64,000 nt of DNA. It comes from Clostridia bacterium (GTDB lineage: Bacteria; Bacillota; Clostridia; UBA1381). The translations under genes were made by a program, and so were the position numbers. The stretch covers positions 879 through 64,878 of the forward strand of contig JALEPO010000135.1 in assembly GCA_022768695.1 (NCBI GenBank), read 5' to 3'. The notes under the pieces were generated by a model. It was not told where the DNA came from. It saw nothing but the letters and a program-made list of their open reading frames with translations, and did not search any database. Shown here piece after piece: positions 26,852 to 39,450 of the stretch (its first letter is position 1; each line of letters begins with the position of its first letter).

Positions 26852-27330
26852 ATGGATGAAATTTTGAGAATTCTTGATAAGGAAAAGGGCAAGGTATCGC
26901 GAGCCAAAATCGCCATGATGCTTGGAATTGATGAAACAGAGGTCGCCTCGAAGATAGAAAAGCTGGAAAAAGATAATGTAATTGTGGGCTATAAAACTAT
27001 TGTTGATTGGGATAAGACGGATCGTGATTTTGTTACGGCTTTGATAGAATTGAAAATAACACCTCAACGCGGTGAAGGCTTTGACAAGGTTGCAGAACGG
27101 ATATATAAATACCCGCAGGTAAAATCACTGTATCTTATGTCCGGTGCATACGATCTTGCCGTTACTATTGAAGGCAAGACAATGAAAGAGGTTGCGCTTT
27201 TTGTTGCTGAAAAGCTTGCGCCTATGGATTCAATCATTTCCACGGCAACACATTTTGTTTTAAAGAAATATAAAGAGGAAGGCATTGTATTCGATGATGA
27301 TGAAGAGGATACAAGACAGGTTATAACATT

Positions 27331-27334
<4 letters not shown>
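26852..27334 (+). CDS. Lrp/AsnC-family transcriptional regulator
   Basis: HTH followed by an AsnC-type ligand domain (VTALIELKITPQRG...VKSLYLMSGAYDL). Confidence 0.85.
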
Positions 27335-30145
<2,811 letters not shown>

Positions 30146-30160
30146 GGAGGTAAATAAGAA

Positions 30161-31909
30161 TTGAGGCAATATTGGAAATATATTAAGCCGTATCTACCGT
30201 TTTTTATAATCGGTCCTCTTTTGATGCTTACAGAGGTTGCGGGCGAAATTGTTCTTCCAAAGATTATGGCTTTGATGATTGATAACGGTATCGGCAGCGA
30301 AGCAGCAGGATACGGAATAGGTTATATCATCTCGAGAGCTTTAATGATGATTGGTTTTATCGGTGTAATGATAATCGGAGGGATAGGCGGACACTATTTT
30401 TCAATAAAGGCCGCTGTAAGCTTCAGCGCTGATTTAAGACAGGGTGTTTTTGAAAAAGTACAGAAATTTTCTTTCAAGAATATTGATAACTTTTCAACGG
30501 GTTCTCTTGTGACTCGTCTGACAAATGATATTACTCAGATTCAGAATATGACAAGGATGCTATTGATTATGGCAATGCGTTCGCCGGGAATGCTTATCGG
30601 CGGAATTATTATGGCGTGTTCGATTAATGCTAAGCTTGCGCTTGTTCTTGCAGTAGTAATTCCTGTATTAGCTATAGTTATTGCAGTGCTTTTGCGTACT
30701 GCATTTCCGAGATTTGGTGTGATGCAGAAAAAGCTGGATTCGCTTAATTCAGGGATACAAGAAAATATTACCAATGTGCGCGTTATAAAATCCTTTGTAA
30801 GACAAAAGTTTGAGATAGAAAAGTTTTCGTTGGCTAATGAGGATTTGATGAATTCGACTCTTAATGCTATGAAAATAGTTGTAGCTACTATGCCGATTAT
30901 GACGCTTGCCATGAATATAACCACTATTGTAGTTGTATGGACAGGCGGTAATTTTGTTGTAAACGGAACAATGGGTGTAGGAGAGCTTACCGCATTTACA
31001 ACCTATATAACACAAATTTTGATGTCGCTTATGATGGTGTCAATGCTGTTTTTACAGCTTTCTCGTGCTCTTGCTTCATCTTCAAGAATAACTGAGGTGC
31101 TTAAAACCGAATCTGACTTATCAGATGATACTGCAAAAGAAAAGGATAAAAAGGTTACTCAGGGTAAAATTGAGTTTAAGAACGTATCTTTTAAATATTA
31201 TGAAAACCGTAAGGAAAATATACTTGAAAACATTTCATTTACCGGAAATCCCGGAGAGGTTATAGGAATAATAGGCACAACCGGCTCCGGAAAATCTTCT
31301 CTTGTGCAGCTTATACCGCGTTTGTACGATGTAACTGAGGGTGAAGTGCTGGTTGACGGTGTGAATGTTAAGGATTACAGCCTTAGAAATCTCCGTGACG
31401 GTGTTGGTATGGTTCTTCAGAAGAATGTGCTTTTCAGCGGTTCAATAGAGGATAATCTCAGATGGGGCGATGAAAGTGCAACAATTGAGGAAATACGCGC
31501 GGCAGCAGACGCGGCGCAGGCTGACGGATTTATTACCGGCTTTACTGACGGCTATAATATGGAGCTTGGTCAGGGCGGTGTGAATGTTTCAGGCGGTCAG
31601 AAGCAAAGACTTTGTATTGCGCGGGCACTTTTGAAAAAGCCTAAAATTCTTATTCTTGACGACAGCACAAGTGCCGTTGACACTGCAACAGAAGCAAAAA
31701 TAAGAGAGGCCTTTGCCTCAAGTCTTAAGGATTCCACAAAAATAATTATTGCGCAAAGAATTACATCAGTAATAGACGCAGACAGAATAATTGTTTTAGA
31801 GGATGGTAAAATAGTCGGAACAGGTAATCATACGGAGCTTATGGAAAGCTGCGGAGAGTACCGCGATATTTATTATTCTCAGGTAGATAAAGAAAAGGAG
31901 GTGTCGTAA
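30161..31909 (+). CDS. ABC exporter half-transporter (TMD-NBD), subunit with degenerate Walker B
   Basis: Walker A GTTGSGKSS, signature VSGGQKQR and Walker B ILILDDSTS (Asp in place of the catalytic Glu). Confidence 0.85.
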   Translation: MRQYWKYIKPYLPFFIIGPLLMLTEVAGEIVLPKIMALMIDNGIGSEAAGYGIGYIISRALMMIGFIGVMIIGGIGGHYFSIKAAVSFSADLRQGVFEKVQKFSFKNIDNFSTGSLVTRLTNDITQIQNMTRMLLIMAMRSPGMLIGGIIMACSINAKLALVLAVVIPVLAIVIAVLLRTAFPRFGVMQKKLDSLNSGIQENITNVRVIKSFVRQKFEIEKFSLANEDLMNSTLNAMKIVVATMPIMTLAMNITTIVVVWTGGNFVVNGTMGVGELTAFTTYITQILMSLMMVSMLFLQLSRALASSSRITEVLKTESDLSDDTAKEKDKKVTQGKIEFKNVSFKYYENRKENILENISFTGNPGEVIGIIGTTGSGKSSLVQLIPRLYDVTEGEVLVDGVNVKDYSLRNLRDGVGMVLQKNVLFSGSIEDNLRWGDESATIEEIRAAADAAQADGFITGFTDGYNMELGQGGVNVSGGQKQRLCIARALLKKPKILILDDSTSAVDTATEAKIREAFASSLKDSTKIIIAQRITSVIDADRIIVLEDGKIVGTGNHTELMESCGEYRDIYYSQVDKEKEVS

Positions 31910-31910
31910 T

Positions 31911-33734
31911 ATGCCTCCTATGGGACCACCAAACAGAAAGCCTGTAAAAAAACAAAAGCCTAAAAATACAAAAGCAACAATAAAAAGACTGTTTACATAT
32001 TTAAAGGATGCCAAATATAAAATTACGGCGGCTTTAGTATGTGTTCTTATAAGCTCTGCATCGACTCTTGGCGGTTCATATTTGTTAAGACCTATTATAA
32101 ACGGACTGACAGATAATATGAAAACTGCGCAGCAAAAGATAACGGATTTGCTTTTAGGACTTGCCGTTATGGCGGCGATATATTTTGTTGGCGTTGCGGC
32201 AACATATATTCAGGCAAGGATTATGATAGGAGTATCTCAGGATACGCTTAAGAGAATACGCGCACATCTGTTTGAAAAGCTGCAAAAGCTTCCGGTACGA
32301 TATTTTGACCAAAATCCTACCGGTGATGTGATGAGCCGGTTTACAAATGACGTTGATATAATCGGTGAAATGCTTAACTCAACGTTAGTTCAGATTTTTT
32401 CGGGCACAATAACTCTTGCAGGTACTCTTGCGCTTATGATTTATACTAATTGGATGCTTGCTATAGTAACAATAGTTTTTGCTCCGTTAGCGGCAAAGGT
32501 TGGCGCGACTATTGCCGGAAAATCAAGAAAATACTTTAGCAAGCAGCAGACCGCGCTTGGTAAGGTGAACGGATATATAGAAGAAACCGTTACAGGTCAG
32601 AAGGTTGTTAAGGTATTTAACCACGAGGATAAGATTGTTAAGGATTTTGCCGCTCTTAACAATGAGCTTAAGGATACGCAGGTCAAGGCACAGTTCATAG
32701 GCGGTATTATGGGACCGTGCATGAATGCGATGAGTCAGATAAACTATACAATGACAGCTTGCGTTGGCTCAATAATTGCGTTTATATCACGCTGGGGCGG
32801 CGGAGTTCCGTTTGCGTCGCTTGATATAGGCGGACTTACTGTGTTTGTGAATTTTTCAAGACAATTTTCAAGACCGATAAACGAGCTTTCTCAGCAGCTT
32901 ACAAATATAATGTCAGCTCTTGCGGGCGCAGAACGTGTATTCAGCGTTATGGATCAGGAGCCGGAAAAAGATGAGGGCAAAAAAATCAAGCCGGAAAAAA
33001 TACATGGCGATGTAATAGTCGATGGCGTAACATTTGGTTATAATCAGGATAAAACTATACTTAAGAATGTTTCCGTGTATGCTCATCCCGGACAAAAGAT
33101 TGCGCTTGTAGGTTCAACCGGCGCGGGCAAGACCACTATAACAAATCTTATCACCAGATTTTATAATATAAATCAAGGACAAATTACGATTGACGGTATA
33201 GATATAAAAGATATAGATCTTGGATGTCTGAGAGAGAATATTGCAATGGTGCTTCAGGATACGCATCTTTTTACCGGTACAATAATGGAAAATATACGCT
33301 ATGGAAGGCTTGATGCGACTGACGAGGAGGTTCGTCAGGCTGCAATAACCTCCTGCGCTCATGTCTTTATAAAGAATATGCCTGACGGCTACGATACTGT
33401 TCTAAAAGGCGACGGCTCGAATTTGTCGCAGGGACAGCGTCAGCTTTTGAATATAGCAAGAGCGGCGTTATCAAAAGCTCCTATTCTTGTGCTCGATGAG
33501 GCTACAAGCTCCGTCGATACAAGAACAGAAAAAAGCATAAACGAAGGTATGGACGCGTTAATGGAGAACAGAACAACCTTTGTTATTGCACATCGTCTGT
33601 CAACAATAAGAAATGCTGATGCAATTATGGTTCTTGAGGATGGAGAAATAATTGAAAGAGGCACTCATGAAGAGCTGCTTCAGCAAAAGGGAAGGTATTA
33701 TGAGCTTTATACCGGCTTAAAGGAATTAGATTAA
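31911..33734 (+). CDS. ABC exporter half-transporter (TMD-NBD), consensus-site subunit
   Basis: Walker A GSTGAGKTT, signature LSQGQRQ and Walker B ILVLDEATS. Confidence 0.85.
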   Translation: MPPMGPPNRKPVKKQKPKNTKATIKRLFTYLKDAKYKITAALVCVLISSASTLGGSYLLRPIINGLTDNMKTAQQKITDLLLGLAVMAAIYFVGVAATYIQARIMIGVSQDTLKRIRAHLFEKLQKLPVRYFDQNPTGDVMSRFTNDVDIIGEMLNSTLVQIFSGTITLAGTLALMIYTNWMLAIVTIVFAPLAAKVGATIAGKSRKYFSKQQTALGKVNGYIEETVTGQKVVKVFNHEDKIVKDFAALNNELKDTQVKAQFIGGIMGPCMNAMSQINYTMTACVGSIIAFISRWGGGVPFASLDIGGLTVFVNFSRQFSRPINELSQQLTNIMSALAGAERVFSVMDQEPEKDEGKKIKPEKIHGDVIVDGVTFGYNQDKTILKNVSVYAHPGQKIALVGSTGAGKTTITNLITRFYNINQGQITIDGIDIKDIDLGCLRENIAMVLQDTHLFTGTIMENIRYGRLDATDEEVRQAAITSCAHVFIKNMPDGYDTVLKGDGSNLSQGQRQLLNIARAALSKAPILVLDEATSSVDTRTEKSINEGMDALMENRTTFVIAHRLSTIRNADAIMVLEDGEIIERGTHEELLQQKGRYYELYTGLKELD

Positions 33735-33753
33735 AATGAGAGGAGCTACATAA

Positions 33754-35892
33754 ATGAAGGTATACCAAATGATATACACCTCAGTTCAGCACAGTCTTTC
33801 CGACAGCGCGCTCGGACTGTCCAATCAATCTGGCTTGAGAGTGTATTCCTGTACGCAGGGTATAACCAGAGATAATATAAACGAGCTGATTCGTTTTTCG
33901 GGATACAGAATACCTAAGAACAATAAGATTACTTATTCTGAGGTAATAGGCGATCCTACCGTTCCGGAGCTTTTTCCGAAAACTTTCAGGGCGCTGCGCT
34001 TGTCGGACGGCAGATATGCGGCGATACAGTCTGTATTTTCGGGTGTGGATTTCCAGGGACAGCCGGGAAATTTCTTTGCTCATGCATTGGTGTTTGATGA
34101 GGTGTCTGCTGACTTTTTCCCGGAGCAATATTACGGTAGTAAGATGTTCAAAACATATCTGACAACGCAGGAGGCGGAAAGTGAATTAGTACATTATTTG
34201 CCTGCTTTGGATGACTTACAGCCGGAACCGGATTTTGAACAGAAAATTTTAAGCTTTATTGATGAGCATAAAAAGGAAATGTCATATATAGTCAATAAGG
34301 CAATGGTACTTTTAACCTCGGAAAATGTTAAAAATATATGCATTTCTACAGACAGTGAGGAGAAAACCGCATATTATCTTATAGCGCTGAAATATCTTCT
34401 TCCTCGTGATGTTTCGGAAAATGTTGGTATATCGACTTATAATGTATATCTTCCGTCGGAAAAACAGCATAATATTGTTTTTCACGGCACAATTAAGGGT
34501 AAGAATAATATAACACAGCAGGCAATAGATACAAGAGAGGGTTGCCTTTATATAGATATTGACAAAATAGATTTTGTAAAGGCGGAGCCGTCTGCGTTGT
34601 TTAAATTCCCTGTCAAGACTTTAAGAGAAAAATATAATGAATACCATTTTACTTCAGTAACATCGCTTTTGGATTGGGTTGCAACTCATGAGAATATTTC
34701 AAAGCCGGGTATGGGCGGTAAGCTTTTAAGCTTAAAGAAGTCCGGCGGTGACGCTGTTTTTGCACGCCGCGCAAAAGAAATTTACAAGCTTATTTCAAGT
34801 GAAGAAATGGCAGATGTGCGCTTTGAAATATCAAAGGTTATGTATGATAATATCGGATTATTTCATGACGATGTAGCTGATATAACTGAATTGTATATGG
34901 ACCAATGTATTGAGAAGCTTTGCTCAGGTCAGTCATATCCTATTGAAAATGTATTTGCAAAAAGCTCATATATTAAAGAGCAGGCTGATATTCTGAAGAA
35001 AAAAATTCCTGAATATATGGAAAAAATTCGTGCCGGCTTTGATACGATAGGTGAAAAAAATAAGCTTATTCTTTTGAAATTTTTTGCGGAAGTAAAGCAT
35101 GAAACAGAAACAAAAACATGGAAAGAGTTTTTTGCCTCAAAGGATAATATAACTACCTTTGTTGAAATGTCGGTTCCTTCAACAATAACAGGAATAGGTA
35201 TGAGAGCCTTTACAATGCCTGAAGGTTGGAATAAAGCCGATTTAAGCGAGCTTGTTGCATATTTTGATTCTTCAACGCAGGATGAAAATATTAAGAAAAG
35301 CTGTTTGAAGTATATATACAGAAATGAAGATGAAGATTGGGAAAGCTATGGCATAACCCTTATAAAACATACAAAGACGCGCGGCGAACAGGAAAAGGAT
35401 ATAGAAAATATTCGTAAAATGCTTTCAAAGGTTGGGTATATACCGTATCAGCGCAATTCCTATCGTGATTTGAAGCGTGAGGTTTCAAACGACATTAACG
35501 ATAGCAATTCGCCGCTGCTTTTGTCAAGGCTGCTGGACGCGGTATATAAATGGCAAAGCAAATACGGCAATCAATCTGCGGCGGAAAAGGCTGCTCTTAA
35601 GGTTCGTGAATTACTTCTTGAAATGAAAAAAACTGAAAGAAGCTGTTATAATTTTATTATTCCTAAGCTTGCATTGGAAATTATAGAATCACAGGGGCAT
35701 TATCATGAGGTGATAATAAATACGGAAACTATGCCGGCAAGCTTTTGGAACTGGTTCCTTATAGGATATAACCATTGTAAGCGTGACGATGCTATTATAA
35801 CATATACAAGAGTGTATTCGGCAAGTAAAAAGAAGATTGCAAAGCTGCCTGTAAGACAGAAAATGAGACAAACATTTCAAAATGTAGAATAA
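33754..35892 (+). CDS. Uncharacterised 712-aa cytoplasmic protein (alpha/beta N-domain plus long helical body)
   Basis: Long ORF with RBS GAGGAG, 19 nt after the ABC gene. The N-terminus YQMIYTS...GL.....GLRVYS..QGI recalls the 'QxxYTS' start of GAP1-N-type domains (recognised from memory only). Confidence 0.6.
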   Translation: MKVYQMIYTSVQHSLSDSALGLSNQSGLRVYSCTQGITRDNINELIRFSGYRIPKNNKITYSEVIGDPTVPELFPKTFRALRLSDGRYAAIQSVFSGVDFQGQPGNFFAHALVFDEVSADFFPEQYYGSKMFKTYLTTQEAESELVHYLPALDDLQPEPDFEQKILSFIDEHKKEMSYIVNKAMVLLTSENVKNICISTDSEEKTAYYLIALKYLLPRDVSENVGISTYNVYLPSEKQHNIVFHGTIKGKNNITQQAIDTREGCLYIDIDKIDFVKAEPSALFKFPVKTLREKYNEYHFTSVTSLLDWVATHENISKPGMGGKLLSLKKSGGDAVFARRAKEIYKLISSEEMADVRFEISKVMYDNIGLFHDDVADITELYMDQCIEKLCSGQSYPIENVFAKSSYIKEQADILKKKIPEYMEKIRAGFDTIGEKNKLILLKFFAEVKHETETKTWKEFFASKDNITTFVEMSVPSTITGIGMRAFTMPEGWNKADLSELVAYFDSSTQDENIKKSCLKYIYRNEDEDWESYGITLIKHTKTRGEQEKDIENIRKMLSKVGYIPYQRNSYRDLKREVSNDINDSNSPLLLSRLLDAVYKWQSKYGNQSAAEKAALKVRELLLEMKKTERSCYNFIIPKLALEIIESQGHYHEVIINTETMPASFWNWFLIGYNHCKRDDAIITYTRVYSASKKKIAKLPVRQKMRQTFQNVE

Positions 35893-35905
35893 GGGAGAAA
35901 GTAAA

Positions 35906-36949
35906 ATGAAAAATTCAATTAAGAAAAAATTAGTAGTTATATGTGCCGTATCGGCAATGTTGCTTTCGACAGCAGTAAGTGTATTTGCGGCAACCTCTGC
36001 TCCGGCGACTGTAAGACCAATGCCGGGTTCGTCGGGAAGTCAGACAACTTCATCGGGTACTTCGTCGGGTAATTCGTCAACTTCATCGAGTACTTCGTCG
36101 GGTACTTCGTCAACTTCATCGGGTACTTCATCGGGTACTTCATCAGGTACTTCATCGGGAACATCTTCCGGTTCTTCGACTGTTACATCTTCCGGAACAT
36201 CTGCATCGAATGAAACATCGGCTTCATCAGGTGCCGGAAATTATAAAGCGACAAGCAGTACAGATACATCTCAAACACAGGACGGAGATGAGTCGGGAGT
36301 GTCAAGACCGGTTCCTACCGCATTGCAGACCGCTCCTGAGGCTACTATGAATGTTGTTTCAAGTACAGAGAAAACATCTGTTGATAATAAGAAATACGTT
36401 TCTAAGGGCGGTATGATTGGTTGGTTCTTCCTTACAATTTTAGTTAATGCAATTATCAGCTTTTGGATTGGAAACCGTTTTTATCGTCTGTCGAAGAAGG
36501 ATTCTCATGTCACTACGGAAATACGCGCCTTAAGACGTGACGTTGAAGAAAAATTTCTCGGAAGTGTCGGTGGATTTGCTGAACAGGAAATGGATGTTTC
36601 AAATTCAAATGATGATTATTCCATGAATGATGACGGTATAGTTATGCCGCAAAGACAGGCATCGCAGCATTCATCAGACAATGACGATGTATTTAAAAAG
36701 TGGGAAAGTCAGATGAATACAAGAACTTCATCATCTGCAAGAAATTCCAGACAAAGCAGAACAGAAGGCTTTGATGAATTTGAACGTCCCGCGAGAAGAA
36801 AAAAGTATCAGCCAACAAGAGAAGAATTTGAAGAGGAGGCGGATACAGAAATTTATGAGGAAGATGAAAATTCAAAGTCAGGCTTTAATTCTGTAAAAAA
36901 TAAAGCTAAAGAGTTTTTGGGTGACATATTCCCGTTTAAGGAGGATTAA
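35906..36949 (+). CDS. Bitopic membrane protein with a Ser/Thr/Gly mucin-like ectodomain and a disordered charged cytoplasmic tail
   Basis: Signal peptide (VFAATSAP), ~90 aa of SSGTSSG-type low complexity, the TM helix MIGWFFLTILVNAIISFWIG, then a D/E/R/K/S-rich C-terminus. Confidence 0.65.
   Translation: MKNSIKKKLVVICAVSAMLLSTAVSVFAATSAPATVRPMPGSSGSQTTSSGTSSGNSSTSSSTSSGTSSTSSGTSSGTSSGTSSGTSSGSSTVTSSGTSASNETSASSGAGNYKATSSTDTSQTQDGDESGVSRPVPTALQTAPEATMNVVSSTEKTSVDNKKYVSKGGMIGWFFLTILVNAIISFWIGNRFYRLSKKDSHVTTEIRALRRDVEEKFLGSVGGFAEQEMDVSNSNDDYSMNDDGIVMPQRQASQHSSDNDDVFKKWESQMNTRTSSSARNSRQSRTEGFDEFERPARRKKYQPTREEFEEEADTEIYEEDENSKSGFNSVKNKAKEFLGDIFPFKED
36049..36178 (+). repeat. In-frame 12-nt tandem repeats (TCATCGGGTACT-like) encoding SSGT units
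   Basis: Repeated tcatcgggtact / tcgtcgggtact / tcgtcaacttca units lie within the 35906 gene. Confidence 0.75.
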
Positions 36950-37088
36950 TTATATAATAAAGCCGTAATCAGAATGACTGCGGTTAAGTTTGGTTTAGTT
37001 TGCTGTAAGCTATTTTCAGCACGATAAGAATACTGTGGTACTAAAAATGCGACAGGCTGTTGGGATGAAAAATTAAGGGGGTATAAAT

Positions 37089-39092
37089 ATGTATAAGAAA
37101 GTGATTTCAATTGTTTTGTCTGCTGCAATGCTTTTTGGCACAACAGCGGCAATGGCAAAATCAGATAGTCTGATTGATTCAAACATTAATAAAATGCGTT
37201 CAATGCTTTATGAAAGAGATTTTAGAGTGTATCGTGAAGCGCCTTCGACAGACGGAGTTTACTATTATGCAAAATTTGAGCCTGTTTCGGGAGTATATTT
37301 GGGAACACCGGCAAACTGTACGTTTGACGGAATAGACAACGCAATTGATACATATTATGAATGGTTCCAGCCGAATGAATCAATTAACAATTATAATTGT
37401 CCGAGAAATGAGATTCCCGAAAAACCGAGCAGTCATGAAAAGCTGGTAGGCTGCAACTGGAATTTTGCCAGTCAGACATATGTGAACATGGCGGAATATT
37501 CAAATTATATATATAATTTTATTGATGAGCTTGCGGCGAGAGGTCAGGATATACTTTTGATTTTCGGTAAGGAAATGAATATTGATGATAATTTCCTTGT
37601 TGAACAGCATTTTATAGACGCTTTTCGTTTTGTTGCTGATTACGCGCATACGAAGGAAAATATTGCAATGGTCTGGGCGCCGAATGATACGGGCGGTTTG
37701 GATACAAGACTTATTGATTTTTATCCGGGTGACGAATATGTTGACTGGATTGGATGCAGCTTATATTCAATGCCGTACTTTCAGGGGAATCCTGATGCTC
37801 CGGAGGGCAGTAATATAGGCTTTATTATGGGGCCGTATGCAAATCCGGTTATGCGCGCGAAGGTGATTGCGACATTTATGGAGGAGAATAATATACACAA
37901 GCCTGTATGTATAACAGAAGGCGGAGTAGGATATAAATCACCGTCCGGTACAGATTACACAGAATGGGCAGAACAGCAGGTAAGACGTTATTATGGCGAG
38001 ATTTGCAGAAGGTATCCTCAGTTTAAATGCATAATTTCATTCAATAATTTCTATGAAACAGATGATGAGTCATGTGACTACTATAGATACGACATGGGTA
38101 AGAGTCCGCAGCTTTTAAATACACTGCAAATTCTTACTCAGGATCCGATTTATTTAAAGTCATACCCGTCAATTGCTCCTATTTCATATGTTGAAGCATA
38201 TGACGGAATGGATTTTGAAGGGGAAATTAAGCTGTCTGCTTATGGTTATGAGCCTAAGGCAGAGTGGCTGACTGTTAAATATTTTATAGACGGCGAAGAA
38301 AAATATGAAACTGTTTATCCGCCGTATAATGTAACGCTGACATCAAACGAAGTGGCATATGGTGAACACTCATTAACGGTTGAGCTGTACAGCGGTACAG
38401 GAAAGCTTGCATCGGTAAGCTATGATATTAAGTTTGAGGAGAAACAGAAGGTATGGGAGATGGAGCCGCAGTGGAATTGGAATCCCGAACCTACTCCCGC
38501 TCCTGAGCTGACATACACTTACAGAGATGAAGCGGATAATGGGATGTGCACATTTCCTGATATGGCTGATAAGCCTGCTGAGATGAAAAATGCAGCCGGT
38601 TTTTTGGCAAAGCAGGGGATAATAAAGGGACGTGAGGACGGTAATTTCTATCCGGATGATGATATTTCAAGAGCGGAGATTGCCGCGATTGTACTTAGAA
38701 TGTTAGGAAAAACAGATGATACGGCAGATGGTAAATTTGCTGATGTAACTAATGACGACTGGTTTTTGTCGATTGCCGGCGCGGCTAAAAATGAGCATAT
38801 TATATCGGGTTATCCTGATAATACCTTCCGTGGTAATAATCCTATAATCAAGCAGGAAATTACGGCTATTATGGCAAAGACAATTATACAGGAAAAGGAA
38901 AATTATCAAATTCCTGCATTTGAATTGTCATACAGCGATGCGGTTGAGTCATGGGTATATGATTACGTTAAAATCTGTAAGCACGACGATATACTTGTGG
39001 ATGCTGACGGCGGTACATTTAACGGCGATAAGAATGTGTCACGCGGAAATGCTGCTATAATGCTGAAGCGTTTGTATGATATAATAAAATAA
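37089..39092 (+). CDS. Secreted GH26-like glycoside hydrolase with C-terminal SLH anchor
   Basis: Signal peptide. FGKEMN, YPGDEYVDWIGCSLY and CITEGG resemble GH26 acid/base, family and nucleophile motifs. Three C-terminal SLH repeats (FPDMADKP...ISRAEIAAIVLRML; FADVTNDDWF...). Confidence 0.55.
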   Translation: MYKKVISIVLSAAMLFGTTAAMAKSDSLIDSNINKMRSMLYERDFRVYREAPSTDGVYYYAKFEPVSGVYLGTPANCTFDGIDNAIDTYYEWFQPNESINNYNCPRNEIPEKPSSHEKLVGCNWNFASQTYVNMAEYSNYIYNFIDELAARGQDILLIFGKEMNIDDNFLVEQHFIDAFRFVADYAHTKENIAMVWAPNDTGGLDTRLIDFYPGDEYVDWIGCSLYSMPYFQGNPDAPEGSNIGFIMGPYANPVMRAKVIATFMEENNIHKPVCITEGGVGYKSPSGTDYTEWAEQQVRRYYGEICRRYPQFKCIISFNNFYETDDESCDYYRYDMGKSPQLLNTLQILTQDPIYLKSYPSIAPISYVEAYDGMDFEGEIKLSAYGYEPKAEWLTVKYFIDGEEKYETVYPPYNVTLTSNEVAYGEHSLTVELYSGTGKLASVSYDIKFEEKQKVWEMEPQWNWNPEPTPAPELTYTYRDEADNGMCTFPDMADKPAEMKNAAGFLAKQGIIKGREDGNFYPDDDISRAEIAAIVLRMLGKTDDTADGKFADVTNDDWFLSIAGAAKNEHIISGYPDNTFRGNNPIIKQEITAIMAKTIIQEKENYQIPAFELSYSDAVESWVYDYVKICKHDDILVDADGGTFNGDKNVSRGNAAIMLKRLYDIIK

Positions 39093-39113
39093 ATACTGTA
39101 TGAAATCTTTAAA

Positions 39114-39363
39114 GGGGCTATTGCATTTAGCGCAGACCGTTCAAAGGCTTAAAAGGGCATAAAATCAATGCCTGTTAAATATTTGTAGAATAATTTAACG
39201 TTGAAATCCGCATTTTTTGCGGATTTCTTGTATTTAATGCCTTTGAACTATCCGCGAAACTCACCCTCGGAGTACCCGCGTACGCCGTCGGGCAATGTAA
39301 AATGCGTATGAATACGTATTTCACTTCGTTTCGCAAATTCTGCATCTAAATCCATTCAGCCCC
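39114..39363. other. 250-nt nested inverted-repeat element (candidate structured ncRNA or MITE-like relic)
   Basis: An outer imperfect ~25-nt pairing joins 39114-39136 to 39339-39363. A perfect 10-bp stem (39139-39148 / 39239-39248) encloses three hairpins. A second domain is closed by GCGAAAC (39254-39260) / GTTTCGC (39328-39334). Confidence 0.4.
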
Positions 39364-39450
39364 ACAAGAGTCTGCTGCTAACACAACAGACTAATATTTC
39401 TGTGTAATTCATAATCTTTTTGCACATACTATGCAAAAGGAGTGTAGTGC

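Noticed and set aside
39250-39363. A tmRNA (ssrA) gene on the minus strand. The minus-strand sequence starts GGGGCUGAAUGGAUUUAGAUGCAGAAUUUGCGAAAC, which resembles the 5' end of tmRNAs (GGGGCUGA...AUUUGCGAAAC).
   Set aside because: There is no T-arm (GGTTCGAnTCC), no 3' acceptor strand or CCA context, and no resume codon or tag reading frame ending in ...LAA. The 5' GGGGCU instead pairs with AGCCCC only 250 nt away. The similarity is probably coincidental, so the element is reported as an unclassified structure.
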